Positions 1 to 15,040 of a stretch of DNA of 64,000 nucleotides are shown here, one piece after another. The notes under the pieces are model-generated. The model saw only the letters and a program-made list of their open reading frames with translations, searched no databases and was not told the DNA's origin. Numbering within the stretch: the stretch's first letter is position 1; each line of letters begins with the position of its first letter. The DNA is from the human T2T-CHM13v2.0 reference genome, Homo sapiens, in NCBI RefSeq assembly GCF_009914755.1, contig NC_060925.1; one strand, 5' to 3'. The translations under genes and the position numbers were made by a program.

Positions 1-1226
1 GGTGCATAGGTAACGCGTGCAGAAAGCAATCACTTCAGTTTTCCATATTTGAGGTCCTCTCTGGGCCAGTACAGTTCGAGACACTAGAAATTCAAAACCA
101 CAGATAATGCCCTCCTGGGCCTGTAGGATGTACTTGTTAGGTGGCAGGGGCGAGGCCCAACCAGTGCGCACAACAATGTCATAGCCCCAGGTGAGTGTGG
201 GAGGGGAAGTTGTAGAAATATTTTCCAGCCAAAGAAATCAGTGAAGTAAAGATAGGCAGGAGGCAGGCAAAAAGGAGGCAGAACTGGCAGGTTGTGGGGG
301 CAGGAGTGGCCACGGATGAGGAGCCAGGCTTGGCAACACAGGTGCAGGTGGCACGTGTCATAGGCACAGGCGTGGAGATCTGAGGGCGTAGAGGGGAGAA
401 GACCGTGCACCGCCAATGTCAACTGTGTGGAAGCAAACCTGGGCTACATCTAAGAGTCCTGAGAGCAGGGGAGGAGAAGGGAGGAAGAGACAACAGAAGT
501 CCTGGGTGGGAAGCAGAAATATTTCCTGAGTCAATGAAAGAGCCCCAAGCCTCCAGACCTGCCAGGGCTCAAGCAGGCAGCTCCAGAGGCCAAGACCTAT
601 AATCCAGCAGTTCAGGTTGATTTTGCCAGAGTAGTGTGAAGAGGCCCTGATTTTCCCCTTTAATGTATACCCATACAAAAGGCAGAAGAGTTGTTGGAAA
701 AGCAGGAGATTCACAGTTACAAGCACATAGGAAGCACAAGAAAAACTGGTAGAAGGGATCTGGGCCCTTCAATGTTGACAGCCTTCTCTAGGAGCCCTGG
801 CTACAACAGAAGGAGAAGGATCCTTGGTGGGTATAAAAAGGTGGGAAGGAGAACAAGCCAAACAAAACACCACCCTCAGGACTACAGAGAAGTTATTTCA
901 GGAGATGCATTGATTCCATGTTTTTGTTTCCATAGGTTGCTGTTTTGTAACTTTTTTTTTCTTAGGTGAAAGAATTAAGTGTCCTCCCCCACTGTCTGAA
1001 GAAAGATATGCCTGTCATGAAGCGTGCCCTTACTTACTTTGAAGGGGACAAGCCTTTTCTAGCTTCAATATTTATTTCCTATTTTGATGGGGAAACCTTT
1101 AGGGAAGTAGAAAGAGAGCTTAAAGCCTCGGGGGAGACATTTTACGTGCTTGCTAAAAAAATGCATTAAAATATTTAGTACATGTCCTGAATGTAACCCA
1201 GCCCTCCAGAGCTATTTTTTTCTCAC

Positions 1227-1614
1227 TGTATTAGTCCATTTTCATACTGTAATAAAGAACTGCCTGAGACTGGGTAATTTATAAAAGAAAGAGGTTTAAT
1301 TGACTCACAGTTCAGCACGGCTGGGGAGGCCTCAGGAAACTTACAATCATGGTGGAAGGTGAAGGGGAAGCAAGGCACCTTCTACACAAGGTGGCAGAAA
1401 GGAGAAGTGCTAAGCAAAGGGGAAGAAGCCCCTTATAAAACCATCCGATCTTGGGAGAACTCACTCACTATCATGAGAACAGCATGGGGGAAACCATCCC
1501 CATGATTCAATTACCTCCACCTGGTCTCTCCTTTGACAAATAGGGATTATGGGGATTATGGGGATTACAATTCAAGATGAGATCTGGGTGGGGACGCTAA
1601 GCCTAACCATATCA
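1227..1614 (-). mobile_element. THE1 (THE1D-like) MaLR solo LTR
   Basis: Runs TGTATTAGTCCATTTTC...CCTAACCATATCA, the reverse complement of THE1 termini; typical internal GGCCTCAGGAAACTTACAATCATGG. Confidence 0.9.
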
Positions 1615-3984
1615 GGGGAGGGGGCTCACAACTGAATATTTCAGATAATTTTAATATGTGCTGGTATCCACAAACAAGAGCCAATGTGGACTCAGCAGGC
1701 AATGTCATGGGCCTTCTGTTTCAAAAATGATTCAGATAGACTTTTATGCTTTTACATGTGCCATATGGGAGTGGGGCATTCTCATCTTGTTCCTTGTTTT
1801 ACCCTCAGCATCTACCTTTCATAGCAGTAACTGATGATCATGAAATGTTTGTTGATTGAATGGCTGAAGTATAGACAGATGCAGCTTCTGTCCATGAAAG
1901 GCATCCTGCTTGCTCCTTGCACTGTGTCCAGTGAAAACTCTTGTTTCTCTGAGCAGCTGCAACACGTTTCACATCACAAGGAGCACAAGGCACTGGCTTC
2001 CATTTCCACCCTGAAGCTCAGCAGCCCCATTTGCGTCCCATCAGCTGCCTGCTGCGGAATAGAGGAGGGAAGGGCTGGGCTTCAGAGTTTGCTTTTTTTT
2101 TCTTGGTTCTGTGAATGGAAAATGTCAAAGGATCCTGTGAAGGGATCCAGATTGATACCTTGGGGTCTGGTGTACGTAGGTCTGTTTGTGTTAACTCACC
2201 ATTTAAAGACAGAAAAAAGGAAAACATACATATTTATAGCCTCCTAGAGAGAGCCTTGGTGCTAGTTTTGATGGCTTGCTGGGAACACAAGTGAAGCCAA
2301 GGGGGGTATTGTGGTTGGGAGCATTGATTTTGGGAGGAAAGTGGTGCTGGTATCATTTAGGGAGGGACAACAAGATGCTCCTGTGGACCACCACTGATTC
2401 TCTCACGCTGATGACATCTGGCAGTAGTGACAATGTGATGGGAGCCCAAAGAGGGGAGGGTCTTGTAGAAATTTCACGTGGTTGCATCAACTTCAGCTTT
2501 TGGTAACTGGTGGATAGCCAAGCAGCAGGAGTAGGGCAGAATACCATGAGTCCGTGAACCAGGCAGAGAGTTGAATGACATGAACTTGAGTCAGGGAGGA
2601 GAAAACTAGGGGCCGGGCACATCTTTGATTAGTGAGTAACCAACAATGTGGACCCCCAGAGGGCTTAAGGCCCTTCGCTGGAGAACTAGATGGTTATCCC
2701 TGGGTCCTGTTATTGAGGCTAGCTTCTCTCAAGTTTCAACGCTAGTCAGACCACCATATCTAAATCATGGAAAGTGTACCACTGGTTATGTTAAGAGGTG
2801 ATGTTTGAATATTTAGATGGAGATAATCAAAGTATTACAAAAATGACAAAGGATTCAATGCAGTAAACAAGTTAATTTACACACCAGAGTCAAAATTTCA
2901 CAAATATTATTGCATAGAGTGAAGATAAATTTTTAAAATTTAAATTAATTTAACAAAATAAACATAGTACTTAAATGTGGCTTTTTTGGTATAGATTATT
3001 TTCTTATTCAAGATTTTTCCTTTCCTAGTTTATAAGTATTTTGTTGCTATTCTTTCACTCTCTGAAAATTGCAAAATGCATACTTAACTTTTCAAATACA
3101 AGTTTTTCCAAAAATTGTATACATCTCCTGAAAACGAGTGCCTTTGAAGATGGCAACTCCATTTCTGCTCCCTCTAATTCACGAGTTATTCTTGACTTGT
3201 TTTGTGGAATTAATTAGTTTCATCTTTTTCTTAATGGCAAAAACTACTTGTCATGATTTTTGCATGTTTCCTACCTTCTTGATCCTCATCTTTTTCTCTG
3301 ATTTAATTACATCCTTTTCTGAGGATATGCTGCAGATAAACTCTCTTTTTTTGTTTGCCCAAGAATGTCTGCATTTCATCCTACTCTTAAAAAGTGGGTC
3401 CTAGAAATTCTAGGTTGGCAATTATTTTTTATTAGCACTTTGGTGATCTCATTCTTCTGGCATCCGTCTTTCATCATTTCTGTTGAGTAGTTAGTGGTCA
3501 ATGCCATTCTGCCGCCTTGAAAGTAAGCTGTTTTATTCACTACCTTGTGGATTTATGCATGTGTGTGGTTGTTCTTTGGTTTTACTATTGTTTTTGGTTC
3601 GTCCAACTCACCATGACATGTTCAAGTGTAGTTTTATGTTTGTGTACCCTCTATAGATTTAGAAACTTCCCGTTGGCTTTCTTTTGATGTAGGGTATCAG
3701 TCATTATCTTAAAATATTACTTACAAACGTTTTCTCTGTTCTATGTTCTTTCTCCTCTTTGTTTAGGAATCCAAGTAAAAATATGGTAAAATGTCTCACT
3801 GCCTCGTTTTGCTGTGATGCATTCTACATAATTTCTTCTGACTGATCTTTGGATTCACTAGTACCTACTTTAGCTACTACAAAATAGTGAACAGCCATTG
3901 CATTTAAAAATTTATTTTTTGCATCTTTCTATTTTAGAAATGTTCTTTGTTTCCTTTTTCACACATTCCAGTCATTTAAAAAAT

Positions 3985-4900
3985 ATTTATTTTATTTTAG
4001 ATTCAAGGGGTCCATGTGAATGTTTGTTAAATGGGTATATTGCATACTGGTGGGGATTGGGCTTCTAGTTCACCCATTACCCAAATAATGAATATTGTAC
4101 CTAATAGGTAGTTTTTCAACACTCACATCCTCTCCCCTTTGGGAAACCTCAGTGTCTATTATTTCCATCTTTATGCCCATGTGTACCAATTGTTTAGCTT
4201 CCCCTTGTAGGTGAGAATATGCGGTATTTTATTTTCTGTTTCTGAGTTAATTCACTTAGAATAATGGTCTACACCTCCATCCATGTTGCTTCAAAGGACA
4301 TGATTTCATTCTTTTTTATGGTGGTGTAGTATTACATGATGTGTATATATATCACATTTTCTTTATCCAATCAATTATTGATGGACCCATAGGTTAGACT
4401 TAGGTTGGTTCCGTGACTTTGCTATTGTCATGGTATTGTCCTATAATGATTTGTTTTCCTTTGGGTCGGTGTCCAGTTATGAATATTTCTGGGTCAAATG
4501 GTAGTTCTGTTTTCAGTTCTTTGAGATATCTTCATACTGTTTTCCATAGAGCTTGAACTAATTTATATTCCCACCAATAGTGTATAAGCGTTCTCTCTTT
4601 GCTCTGCATCCAAGTCAACCTCTGTTTTTTTCTTTTTTCAACTTTTTAATAACAGCCATTCTGACTGATATAAGATGATATCTCATTGTGGTTTTAATGA
4701 GCATTTCTTTAATGATTAGTGATTCTGAGCATTTTTTCATGTGTTTGTTGGCTGCTTGCATTTTTTTTTTTTTGAAAAATGTCTGTTCATGTCCTTTGCC
4801 CAGTTTTTAATGGGGTTGTTTCTTTTTCTCTTCTTGAATTCTTTGAGGTCCTTGTAGATTCTTGATATTAGTCCTTTGTCAGAGACATATTTTGCAATTC
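3985..4900 (-). mobile_element. Old L1PA (L1PA15-17-like) 3' end
   Basis: L1 3'UTR text (ttcacttagaataatgg, catttcattctttttt); the minus-strand translation contains SDKGLISRIYKDLK...[17 protein letters not shown], typical of the L1 ORF2 C-terminus. Confidence 0.85.
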
Positions 4901-5033
4901 TGTTTTTTTTTTTTTCAAGCATGGCGAGAAAGATTTTATTCAGGACCAGAGCAATAGTTACAGGGACCACTGAAATGTTGTCTGACATGGGGAAGAGAGA
5001 TTCCATGCTGGTCATTTTTAACAGCTTTCTTTT

Positions 5034-5399
5034 ATTATTATTGTTATTATTATTATTATTATTATACTTTAAGTTCTAGGGTACATGTGCACAACGTGCA
5101 GATTTGTTACATATGTATACATGTGCCATGTTGTCGTGCTGCACCCATTAACTTGTCATTTACATTAGGTATATCTCCTAATGGTATCCCTCCCCCCTCC
5201 CCCTACCCAACGACAGCTCCTGGTGTGTGATGTTCCCCTTTCTGTGTCCAAGTGTTCTCATTGTTCAGTACCCACCTATGAGTGAGAACATGCCGTGTTT
5301 GGTTTTCTGTCCTTGCGATAGTTTGCTGAGAATGATGGTTTCCAGCTTCATCTATGTCCCTACAAAGGCCATGAACTCATCCTTTTTTATGGCTGCATA
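5034..5399 (-). mobile_element. 5'-truncated L1PA4/5-like insertion with TSD
   Basis: (TTA)n tail then TACTTTAAGTTCTAGGGTACATGTGCACAACG; TSD TTTAACAGCTTTCTTTT (5017) / TTTGACAGCTTTCTTTT (5400). Confidence 0.92.
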
Positions 5400-6597
5400 T
5401 TTGACAGCTTTCTTTTGCTGAGATTGTTTCAAGTATGTTCCAACTTTGGGCGTTATGAGAAGAGTTGTTTTACAACATTTTTCTCTGATTATTTTTAAAT
5501 CTAGGGTCTTTGTAGAACTGTTTCTTTCTCCACTATTTCTTCTAGTTCTCTGTAACGGTTATATGTATATATATATGATACATATGTACTTATCTATCAG
5601 CTATATACATCATATAGGTGATACATACATACGCTGTGAGTGCATTATTTTCCTTGGAATATTATTGTGGAGATTCTTTCAGGATGAGGAGGAACTGCAC
5701 ATTTGTTTCTATTAGGTATTGTGAACTGTTTTAAACTAAATTTATAGCTTGAGTTTTTGAGAATGTAATTTATGCAACAGCAGCATTTTCCCCATGCTTT
5801 GTTCAGCACCAACGAACACTTCCTTGCCGACACATGGAAGCAGGAGTGAGGTAGTGTGGGTTTACTTTTGGTTTATGCTTATTGTGAAATTATAGCTCTT
5901 TGGAGGTCTTGTTTCATAGGGGGAGAGTCTTCTATTATCACATGCGTGTTGCTGGGGACTTGAGATTTTTTCCTTCTTCCATATCACTCCACAGAGACTG
6001 AAAAACTGAAGCTCAAATTCACTGCTTTCATGAATTCTCCAAGGGCCAAAGGGAATTCAACATTTAGCTTTCTTTTCTGAGATCAAGACATCACTTAGAT
6101 TTTGGTCTTGTAATTCCTTACCATCTTGTATGCTCTTTGTTGCTCCAAAATCTTCTTTTTCTTCTATCTTATGCAGAATTTCTAGTTGTTTTTATCAAGA
6201 ATGTGGGTTTGAACAACTGAGCATATTATTTTATTGGAAAAGTGCAATTGCTTTTTACTACCGATTCCTAATTATCCAGAGGATCTAGAAAAAATGGATT
6301 TAACTCTTTGGCCAATTAAAACACAAATTTATTCCAAAAATGGATTATCTGTTCTTATAAAGCTATAGTATATTAAAAGATATTTAATACATAAATAACA
6401 GTAAACAAAGTATCCTCTACTATGGTTTGAAAATTATTTAGAATCTTGCAATTGTCCTGGGTCTCTCTAAATGCTAATGATCACCAATGAGTTTGACAAA
6501 TAGAGATGTTACAAGTGATTGGTTTAAATCTTTGATGCACCTTAAATGTATTTTAAAATGTGCCCCTAACTCTTTATTTTACCTGACTGTATTTCAG

Positions 6598-6670
6598 TGC
6601 ATCAGTTTAAGAGAAGACATGAGATCATGGGTTTAAGTGAGGCTTCATCATACTAAGACAACGTGATCAG
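6598..6670 (+). other. Candidate 73-bp internal exon of a non-coding transcript
   Basis: Branch-like CCCTAAC/CTGAC, pyrimidine tract and TTTCAG acceptor; consensus CAG|GTAAGT donor at 6670/6671; no recognisable protein. Confidence 0.4.
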
Positions 6671-7803
6671 GTAAGTACTTGCCCCTCTACATGTCAGCAT
6701 TCTCACCTGTAACATAGTACAAACAGGACTTTGTCTGAGTCCCTTGCAACATTTTGTGGAGCATGAAATACAATAAAGACCGTGGATATGCTTTGTAAAC
6801 CTTGAGTTTCTACACATATGCAAATATAAGTACTGGTAAGATATAGAATGAACAAGGGAAATAGAATCCTATTTTTATGTTTCAATTTTATGGATTGCTG
6901 GAAAATTGAAGTGTATAGGAGTCTTCCTGTGTTGCTCACTAGAATGCCTTTGGCTGGGTTTACTGGTATTGCACTAAAACAGCTGTTAGCAAAGACAAGA
7001 CTTAGGCACCCAACAAGACCTTTTATTTTCATATGACTGAGCCTCTGACTTCAATATGCGTTCCGTGTTTTTCCCAGAAGTTCTTTTGTGTTATGTACAA
7101 TTACTCTGCTGAACAGATTGTATTTGTTTTTTTCTTTGTTTTTTTGTTTGTTTGTTTTGTTTTGTTTTGTTTTACTGTGAGACAGTGATGCCAATGCTTG
7201 TGTATTTAGGATGGGGGTCGCAGACTCTGTACTTCCAGGAGAAGCCCCCGGAAGGTCTTAGCTGGCTCCTGAGGGGGCACATTTGCTGTGCTCATTGCAC
7301 TTTACCTGGTGTCATGAAGCATAAAGAGCACAAACTTGGACACCAAGAGTCTACATTAAAGTCCCACTCCTTTATGTTTGTAAATATGGGATATTGGGAA
7401 GTTGCTGCACCTTTTTTTGCTCATTTTCTTCACTGAACAGCAGAAATAGAAAAATTTCTTCTTAATAGGGCTTAAGGGAGACTCAAATACAACACTGTAT
7501 ATGATGTTCTTTTGCAAATTGTAAAGCAAAGTACAAAGTTTCAAATATATTCATTATACGTATATATCTAGCTTTTTATTCCATTTGGTTCAAAAAATTT
7601 ATGTGCTCCAAAAAATTATGGAGGTGATACATATCTAAGTAGAGGATTTGTCAAATATAAATATCATGATGTACTAACAAGGCTGGACAGCTTTTATTAA
7701 CACATTGTCTGCAGCACAAAAAAACAATGCCTGGGCCTGAATAGGAACCATATGAAAATATTTCTTAAATCAATGAAAGATTATTTAATAATTAAGAAAA
7801 ACT

Positions 7804-8596
<793 letters not shown>

Positions 8597-8613
8597 ATAT
8601 CTTATCAAGATAA

Positions 8614-8986
8614 CGATATGTTTGGCTACGTCTCCACCCAAATCTCATCTTGAGCTGTAGTTCCCATAATCCCCACCTGACATGGGAGGGACCTGGTGGA
8701 AGGTGATTTTATCATGGGAGCAGTTACCTCCATGCTGTTCTCCTGATAGTAAGTGAGTTTTCATGAGATCTGATGGTTTTATAAGGGGCTTTTCCCTCCT
8801 TTTTCCCACCTCTCTTTGCTGCCGCCATGTGAAAAAGGACATATTTGCTTCCCCTTCTACCATGATTGTAAGTTTCCTGAGGCCTCCACAGCCATGCCGA
8901 ACTGTGAGTCAATTAAACCTTTTTCCTTTATAAATGTCCCAGTCTTGGGTATGTCTTTATTAGCAGCTTGAGAAGAGACAAATACG
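8614..8986 (+). mobile_element. THE1 (B/C-like) MaLR solo LTR
   Basis: (T>C)GATATGTTTGGCT...CAAATAC(A>G) termini; perfect 5-bp TSD GATAA at 8609-8613 and 8987-8991. Confidence 0.92.
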
Positions 8987-10249
8987 GATAATATGATTGG
9001 TTAGACAATTTGAGAATCTTTATAATATTTTTCAAAAGAAACATAAATATTGTAATTTTTGTCAATAACTGGTGAGCAAGGAATTTAATTTCTTTGAATG
9101 TGTTTTTGTACTTGTGAAATAGGGATTATAATTCATGCATTGACTTAATGTTATTATAACACTCAAAGAATGTATTGTGCACTAGTCCTTGCAAACCCAA
9201 GCAAAGCCCTTGGGTTACACATGTGAGTTGTCATCATTCAGTATTCCCCTTGCCATGGGAGGGGAAGGAAGCATGTATGATCTGCACTGCGATGCACACA
9301 TGGGCCCCCTGGAGATGTGGAGCAGGTGATGGATCTTCAGTCTCCATTAGAACCTTATTATTGGACATTTAGAAAAAGGCAGAAAAAGTTAGCAGCTCCA
9401 GAACTGCTGGATCGTTATTGTGCTTCTGTTTTGTATATATCTCCATTGACTTCAAGTTACTGCCCACTCGGACCTATGATTCCAATCCCCCTCCCCATTC
9501 ACCTACAGAATAATGAGACTGTGATTTAAACTAGAAAGCCAGTAGCTTTTCTTCTTTATTTTCTTTGAGTGATAGCCACAAAGGGGAGAGTTTAAGAAAT
9601 AAGTCGTTGCTTGCATAAAGACTGCAGAGAAAAACCTTCATTTGTTTATTTTTTTCCTTTCTTCTATTTTCTATTCTAAAGCTGCATGTGGTCTCCTCCT
9701 AAAAGGAGTTTACTGGTAGCATATTAAACATGTCTAAGACACTTCTGAATATTTGAATATAAATTATTTACATAACTTGTTAATTTATTTGCTTATGTAA
9801 AAGATATGGTGGGTCAATTGGGTAAATAGCTAGCACACTGCAGACTACCTTGGCCTTTTTTTCTACCTGAATGCCTTGTGGCAATGAAAGAGTTGTGAAA
9901 AGGAGCAAAGAAGAAAAAGCAATTTATAGTCAAATTTTGAGAATTTTTAAAAGAGGAGGAAGAGGAAAACAATTTGACAGAGAAAGGAGGAAGGGAGGAA
10001 AGTAAGAAGAAAATAAAGGATCATATGTTAAAATCAGAAAGAAATATACAAAAACCTAAAGATGACATTGGAATCAATGAAAGCAAATATACTAGGGTCA
10101 GATTTTTGCCTCTCATCTCTAATCTAACACAGTCTAACACAGTCTATGTCAAATAGTTACAGCATCATAACTTCTGTCCCCTTTATTCAGAATTAGCAAA
10201 GTCTGAACTGACTTACCTGAACAGGAAGAACTAGTTGAGTAATTTCTTT

Positions 10250-10402
10250 TAGTAGCATGGTAGTGGAAAATTTTAGAATCATATAAACTTAGGTTGAAAA
10301 TTCTGCTCCTTTACTCTCCCGCCCTGTGACTTCAGGTAAGCTTGTTGATCTTTCCAACTTCAGTTTCTTCTTCTGTAAAATAGAGATAGTAGGACCTGCC
10401 TT
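10250..10402 (+). mobile_element. MIR fragment
   Basis: Core similarity: ctgtgacttcaggtaag...cttcagtttcttcttctgtaaaatagagatagtagg. Confidence 0.6.
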
Positions 10403-10871
10403 ATATATTAAATATACATATAAACCATAGAGATGCCTCTGAAATTAGCATAAGCTCCTTTGGAAATTGAAAATGGCAATATTTGGGATAACTTTCACTG
10501 TTTATGTGTTTGCTGAAGGTAAAAATATCAGTTAAAAATATCTTTCACTGAAACAAGAGGAAATTTACTCTTAAATAGGAATACTTTATGCATCGAGCAG
10601 AGATAAAGAGAATTTACATGTGTCTCTAGGTTCCTTGGCTTCCAGTAGTATCTTTATTTGTGCAAGTTTTGTGTTTTGTAAAAGCTAGAAGGTCAATAAT
10701 CAAAATGGCATTTGATTGCTTATTCATTATTTGGTGGTGCAAACATGTAGAACATTTTCTGTTTCTATTTCTGGCAAACGGAAGGGATGGTAAAACTAGA
10801 CGCAATATTGGACGAACATTAGCGGCCCAGGACTGGCCTCAGTCATTGAAACTTTGATTAAGAACTCTGGG

Positions 10872-11299
10872 CATGATGGATAATTTTTGTGTCAAATTCA
10901 CTTAGACATGAGGTGCCCAGACTAAACATGGGTCCTGGTTATGCCTGTGAGGCTGTTTCTGTATGAGATTAGCGTTTGAATCAGCAGACTGAGTAAAGCA
11001 GGTGGCCCTCCACCGTGTGAGTGGGCATTATCCAATTCACTGAGACCCGAATAGAACAGAAAGCACAGGAAGGGTGACTTCACCCTCTGCCTAACTGCTT
11101 GAGCTGACACATCAGCCCCCTGTGCTGTTCTTGACTGGGTCTTATACCATCGACACTTTGGTTCTCTCAACTACATCACTGCCTTTCCTGGGTCTCCAGC
11201 TGCAGATGGCAGATCGTGAGACTTTCAGCCCCCATAATCACATGAGCCAATTTCTTATAATAAACTCCCTCTCTCTCCTTCTTTCCCTCTCTCTCTGTC

Positions 11300-11330
<31 letters not shown>

Positions 11331-11434
11331 GTATTAAATATATACGTGTATATATATATACACACACACACACATGTGTGCACACGCACACACATACTCT
11401 TGATTCTGTTTCTATAAAGAACCCTGATTAATAC
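10872..11434 (+). mobile_element. MLT2 (ERVL) LTR with embedded (CA)n/(TA)n
   Basis: gagattagcgtttgaatcagcagactgagtaaagcag; ends gaaccctgattaataca. Confidence 0.8.
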
Positions 11435-11496
11435 AAAGGGCAATTTCAAGGATTTGATTATATATATAAAATATTAAATCACTTATACATATAACA

Positions 11497-11498
<2 letters not shown>

Positions 11499-11532
<34 letters not shown>
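11499..11532. repeat. (GT)n microsatellite
   Basis: About 17 perfect GT units. Confidence 0.95.
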
Positions 11533-11533
<1 letters not shown>

Positions 11534-11738
11534 TCCTTTTACTGAGTTACCTCCTGATTTTTATGACTTTAGGATGAGAACCAGGGCTATTTTTCTAATA
11601 ACACAGATACCTTTCCTGAGAAAAATCATCCTAGCCATCCACAATGGCAAAGATCACATATGTGTATGCATGTTCATATGGTCACATATGTGTGCATGCA
11701 TGTATACATGTCTGCATGACCACATATGTGTATGCATG

Positions 11739-12293
11739 TGTATTAGGGTTCTCTAGAGGGACAGAACTGATAGAATAGATGTACATATAAAAGGGGGTTT
11801 ATTAAAGAGAATCAACTCACATGATTACAAGATAAATTCCCATGATAGGCCATTTGCACGTTGAGGAGCAAGGAAGCCAGTGGTGCATCAGTCCGAGTCC
11901 CAAAACCTCGAAAGTTGGGAAGTAAACAATGCAGTCTTCAGTCTGTGGCCAAAGGCCCGAGAGCCCCTGAAAAATCACTGGTGTAAGTCCAAGAGTCTAA
12001 AAGCTGAAGAACTTGGAGTCTGATGTTCGAGACCAGGATGCTTCCAGCACAGGAGAAAGATGAAAGCCAGAAGACTCAGCAAGTCTGTTCTTCCATCTTC
12101 TTCTGCCTGCTTTATTCTAGCTGTGCTGACAGCTGATTAGATGGTGCCCACCCAGATAGAAGGAGGGTCTGCCTCTCCCAATCCACTGACTTAAATGTTA
12201 ATCTCCTTTGGCAACACCCTCACAGACATGCCCAGGAACAATACTTTGCATCCTTCAATCCAATCAGGTTGACACTCAACATCAACTATCACA
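11739..12293 (-). mobile_element. MLT2A (HERV-L) solo LTR
   Basis: TGTATTAGGGTTCTCTAGAGGGACAGAAC...CAACTATCACA termini; TSD GCATG/GCATA. Confidence 0.9.
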
Positions 12294-13803
12294 GCATATA
12301 TGTATATATGTTTGTTTAAAAACACAGCAAGATATCGGAATAAGCTTTGTACACTAGGACTATTTGCAAAGTTATTGTGTGAATATAAAGAACTAATATA
12401 TATCTTAAAATTTTCTGTAGAGGTAGTTGTATACACAGGCTGTAAAAGTCAGCATTTTTCCTCATATTATTCCAGAACACATAAAAAAGCAACAAGGAAA
12501 ATGGAGAAAAAAAGAACCAAATATATCCTTAGTGAAACTAGAAAAAGTTAGAATCCAAAGATTTCAAAACGTATGTAGAGATGACCAAATCTAGTTGGAA
12601 TCAGGCACAAGCCACATGGGAGTAAATGAAGTATGGAGGTAGTGAGGCCAATGGCTGATAATCTCAGAAAACACCAACAAAATGTACTCCCTGAAAATTT
12701 GGGAGTTCACTTCCATGTTCAAAACTTATACCCCTTTTTTTTAACTACAGGAGTGGGAACCAGGGTACACAGTCTACCAGAAAAAGTCCCCTCCTGGACC
12801 CAGTTTTGTTCAAGGGAGGAACAAGGGAGATTCAACCACACAGAGAATCACCAGAGGAGCCATACTTGCAGGAAGCAGTCTGTCTCTGTGATAGCCCAGT
12901 AGGAAAGAGCCATTCTGGTGTGAGGCCCAGAAGGTTGTCTTAATTCTCTCTCTGAACCTCTGTAGTTATCTAGGAAAACCCAAACCATTTAGTAGTATAT
13001 TACAAAAATAAAAGGAAATAGATACCCATTTATACAAAAATTATCTAAGCAAACATCTGAAAAGCAAAACTCAAGTATTACAGAGAAAATGAGAACTATG
13101 GAAGACCGACAAATGGATTGAACACATACATTACTGGAACATCCAAAGAAGAAACCAAAAGAGACAGAACGAATACTTCAAAATTATAATTCAAGAACAC
13201 TTCTGTGCAATGCATGAAGACTTGAATCTACCTTTCAAAAGGGCACATCAGAAGCAAGGTATATCCATTCATGACAGGCAAAAAGTGAACCACATCTTAA
13301 TGAAGGTATTGGACTTAAAAAAAATAAGGTATCTATTGGGCAGCCAGAAAAAAAGAATAAGTCACTCACAGGAGAAATGAAGAAGGCTGTCCTGGCTCCC
13401 CTAGCTGTACTGAAGCTGGATGGTCATGAGGGAAGACCAACAAGATTCTCAATGCCAACCAAGGATTTTTATGTGCAGCCAAGCTAGTCTTACTATGCAG
13501 ACATGATATATTACAATTTGTTGCGGTTTTTATCAAGCAAGAATTCAGGAAAAAATATTTTCATTAATGTTTTTGAGAGAACAAAAACATGGGTATGTGG
13601 AGAAAAAGGGCAATACATTTGGTTACAGAAGGAAGGAAAACAATAACAACCAATTAAAGGAAGATGCTTTGGTAAAATACAGCAAAAAAAAAAAAAGTTG
13701 TAAGTATTGAATGTATTTTACTGTAGACTGAAACCAAATGTGGATTAGGGTTACAGAATAGGCTGGAAATGTCGTATGCCCCAATAACATAGAAATAATA
13801 AAC

Positions 13804-14124
<321 letters not shown>

Positions 14125-14309
14125 TCAAAGGTGAAGAAAGATAGTGAAGGTAAGGAAGCCTCATTAATTACCTCACTTGTTATGACTACGGTGCGAAGGA
14201 TAAATTTTAAAGGTGGCAAATACAGCAAAATAAAAGCCTACTTAGCAGTGCAATGGTAGAGTAAGGAGGATAACATTTACTATCCTCCTTACTTACAAAG
14301 GGCACCTGC

Positions 14310-15040
14310 CACTGTATGGTGGTGGGCTGGTATCAACTCAGTCATACCCCTACCTGGAACCTAGGTTGTAATGTTAGTTCCACCAGTACTCTTCACATCA
14401 GGCAGCATGATAAAGGGAAGGAAGGCATTAATCAGCACAAGTAAACAATAGCTGATATAGGTTCTGCCTCTGCTGTTGGTCTATGTTCTATGTTGATAGT
14501 TCCTCTTTTTCATTTTTTCAAATCACCTATCAATGCTCCCTTTACCTTCTACCAACACCTTTCCCTATCAGAAATTTTAAACTAGTAGTATGACCAAAAT
14601 TTTCATTCCAATAGACTGCAAATCCTTTACAGCTACAGTTTCCCACTAACCATTATCTTTGGACACTAGTGAATTAAGGAGCCCCAGTAAATTGCCCATG
14701 TTCTAGATGTAATCTTCTTTGCTCCCATTGTATACAAACACTCCAACATCCTTTCGGCACTGTAAAATGCCAGTTCAAAACAGGAATTCTCTATCTCGTA
14801 ACATGAAAAGCCCAACATGATTATAGAACAGTCTCAGGTTCTCATTGAACGAAACCAGGACTATGTTTCTTGATGCAAAATTCTTCCCTTGGCCCTAGGA
14901 CTTCACAACACACTGAGTATAAGGAATTAAGAATGAAAAATACAGATCCCATCAGTGTAAGACTGAGGGAGGTCATACCCAATTTCACCCTTTTGTTTTC
15001 TGACCGTGTGTTCTAGTATTCTGGCTTTGTGGAAAAGGTG
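14310..15040 (-). mobile_element. Degenerate ERVL/MLT internal fragment
   Basis: Weak similarity of the minus strand near 14820-14930 to the ERVL post-integrase region. Confidence 0.35.

Noticed and set aside
966-1169. 67-aa ORF after a splice acceptor as a coding exon
   Set aside because: No frame resembles a protein I recognise; kept only as a possible non-coding exon.
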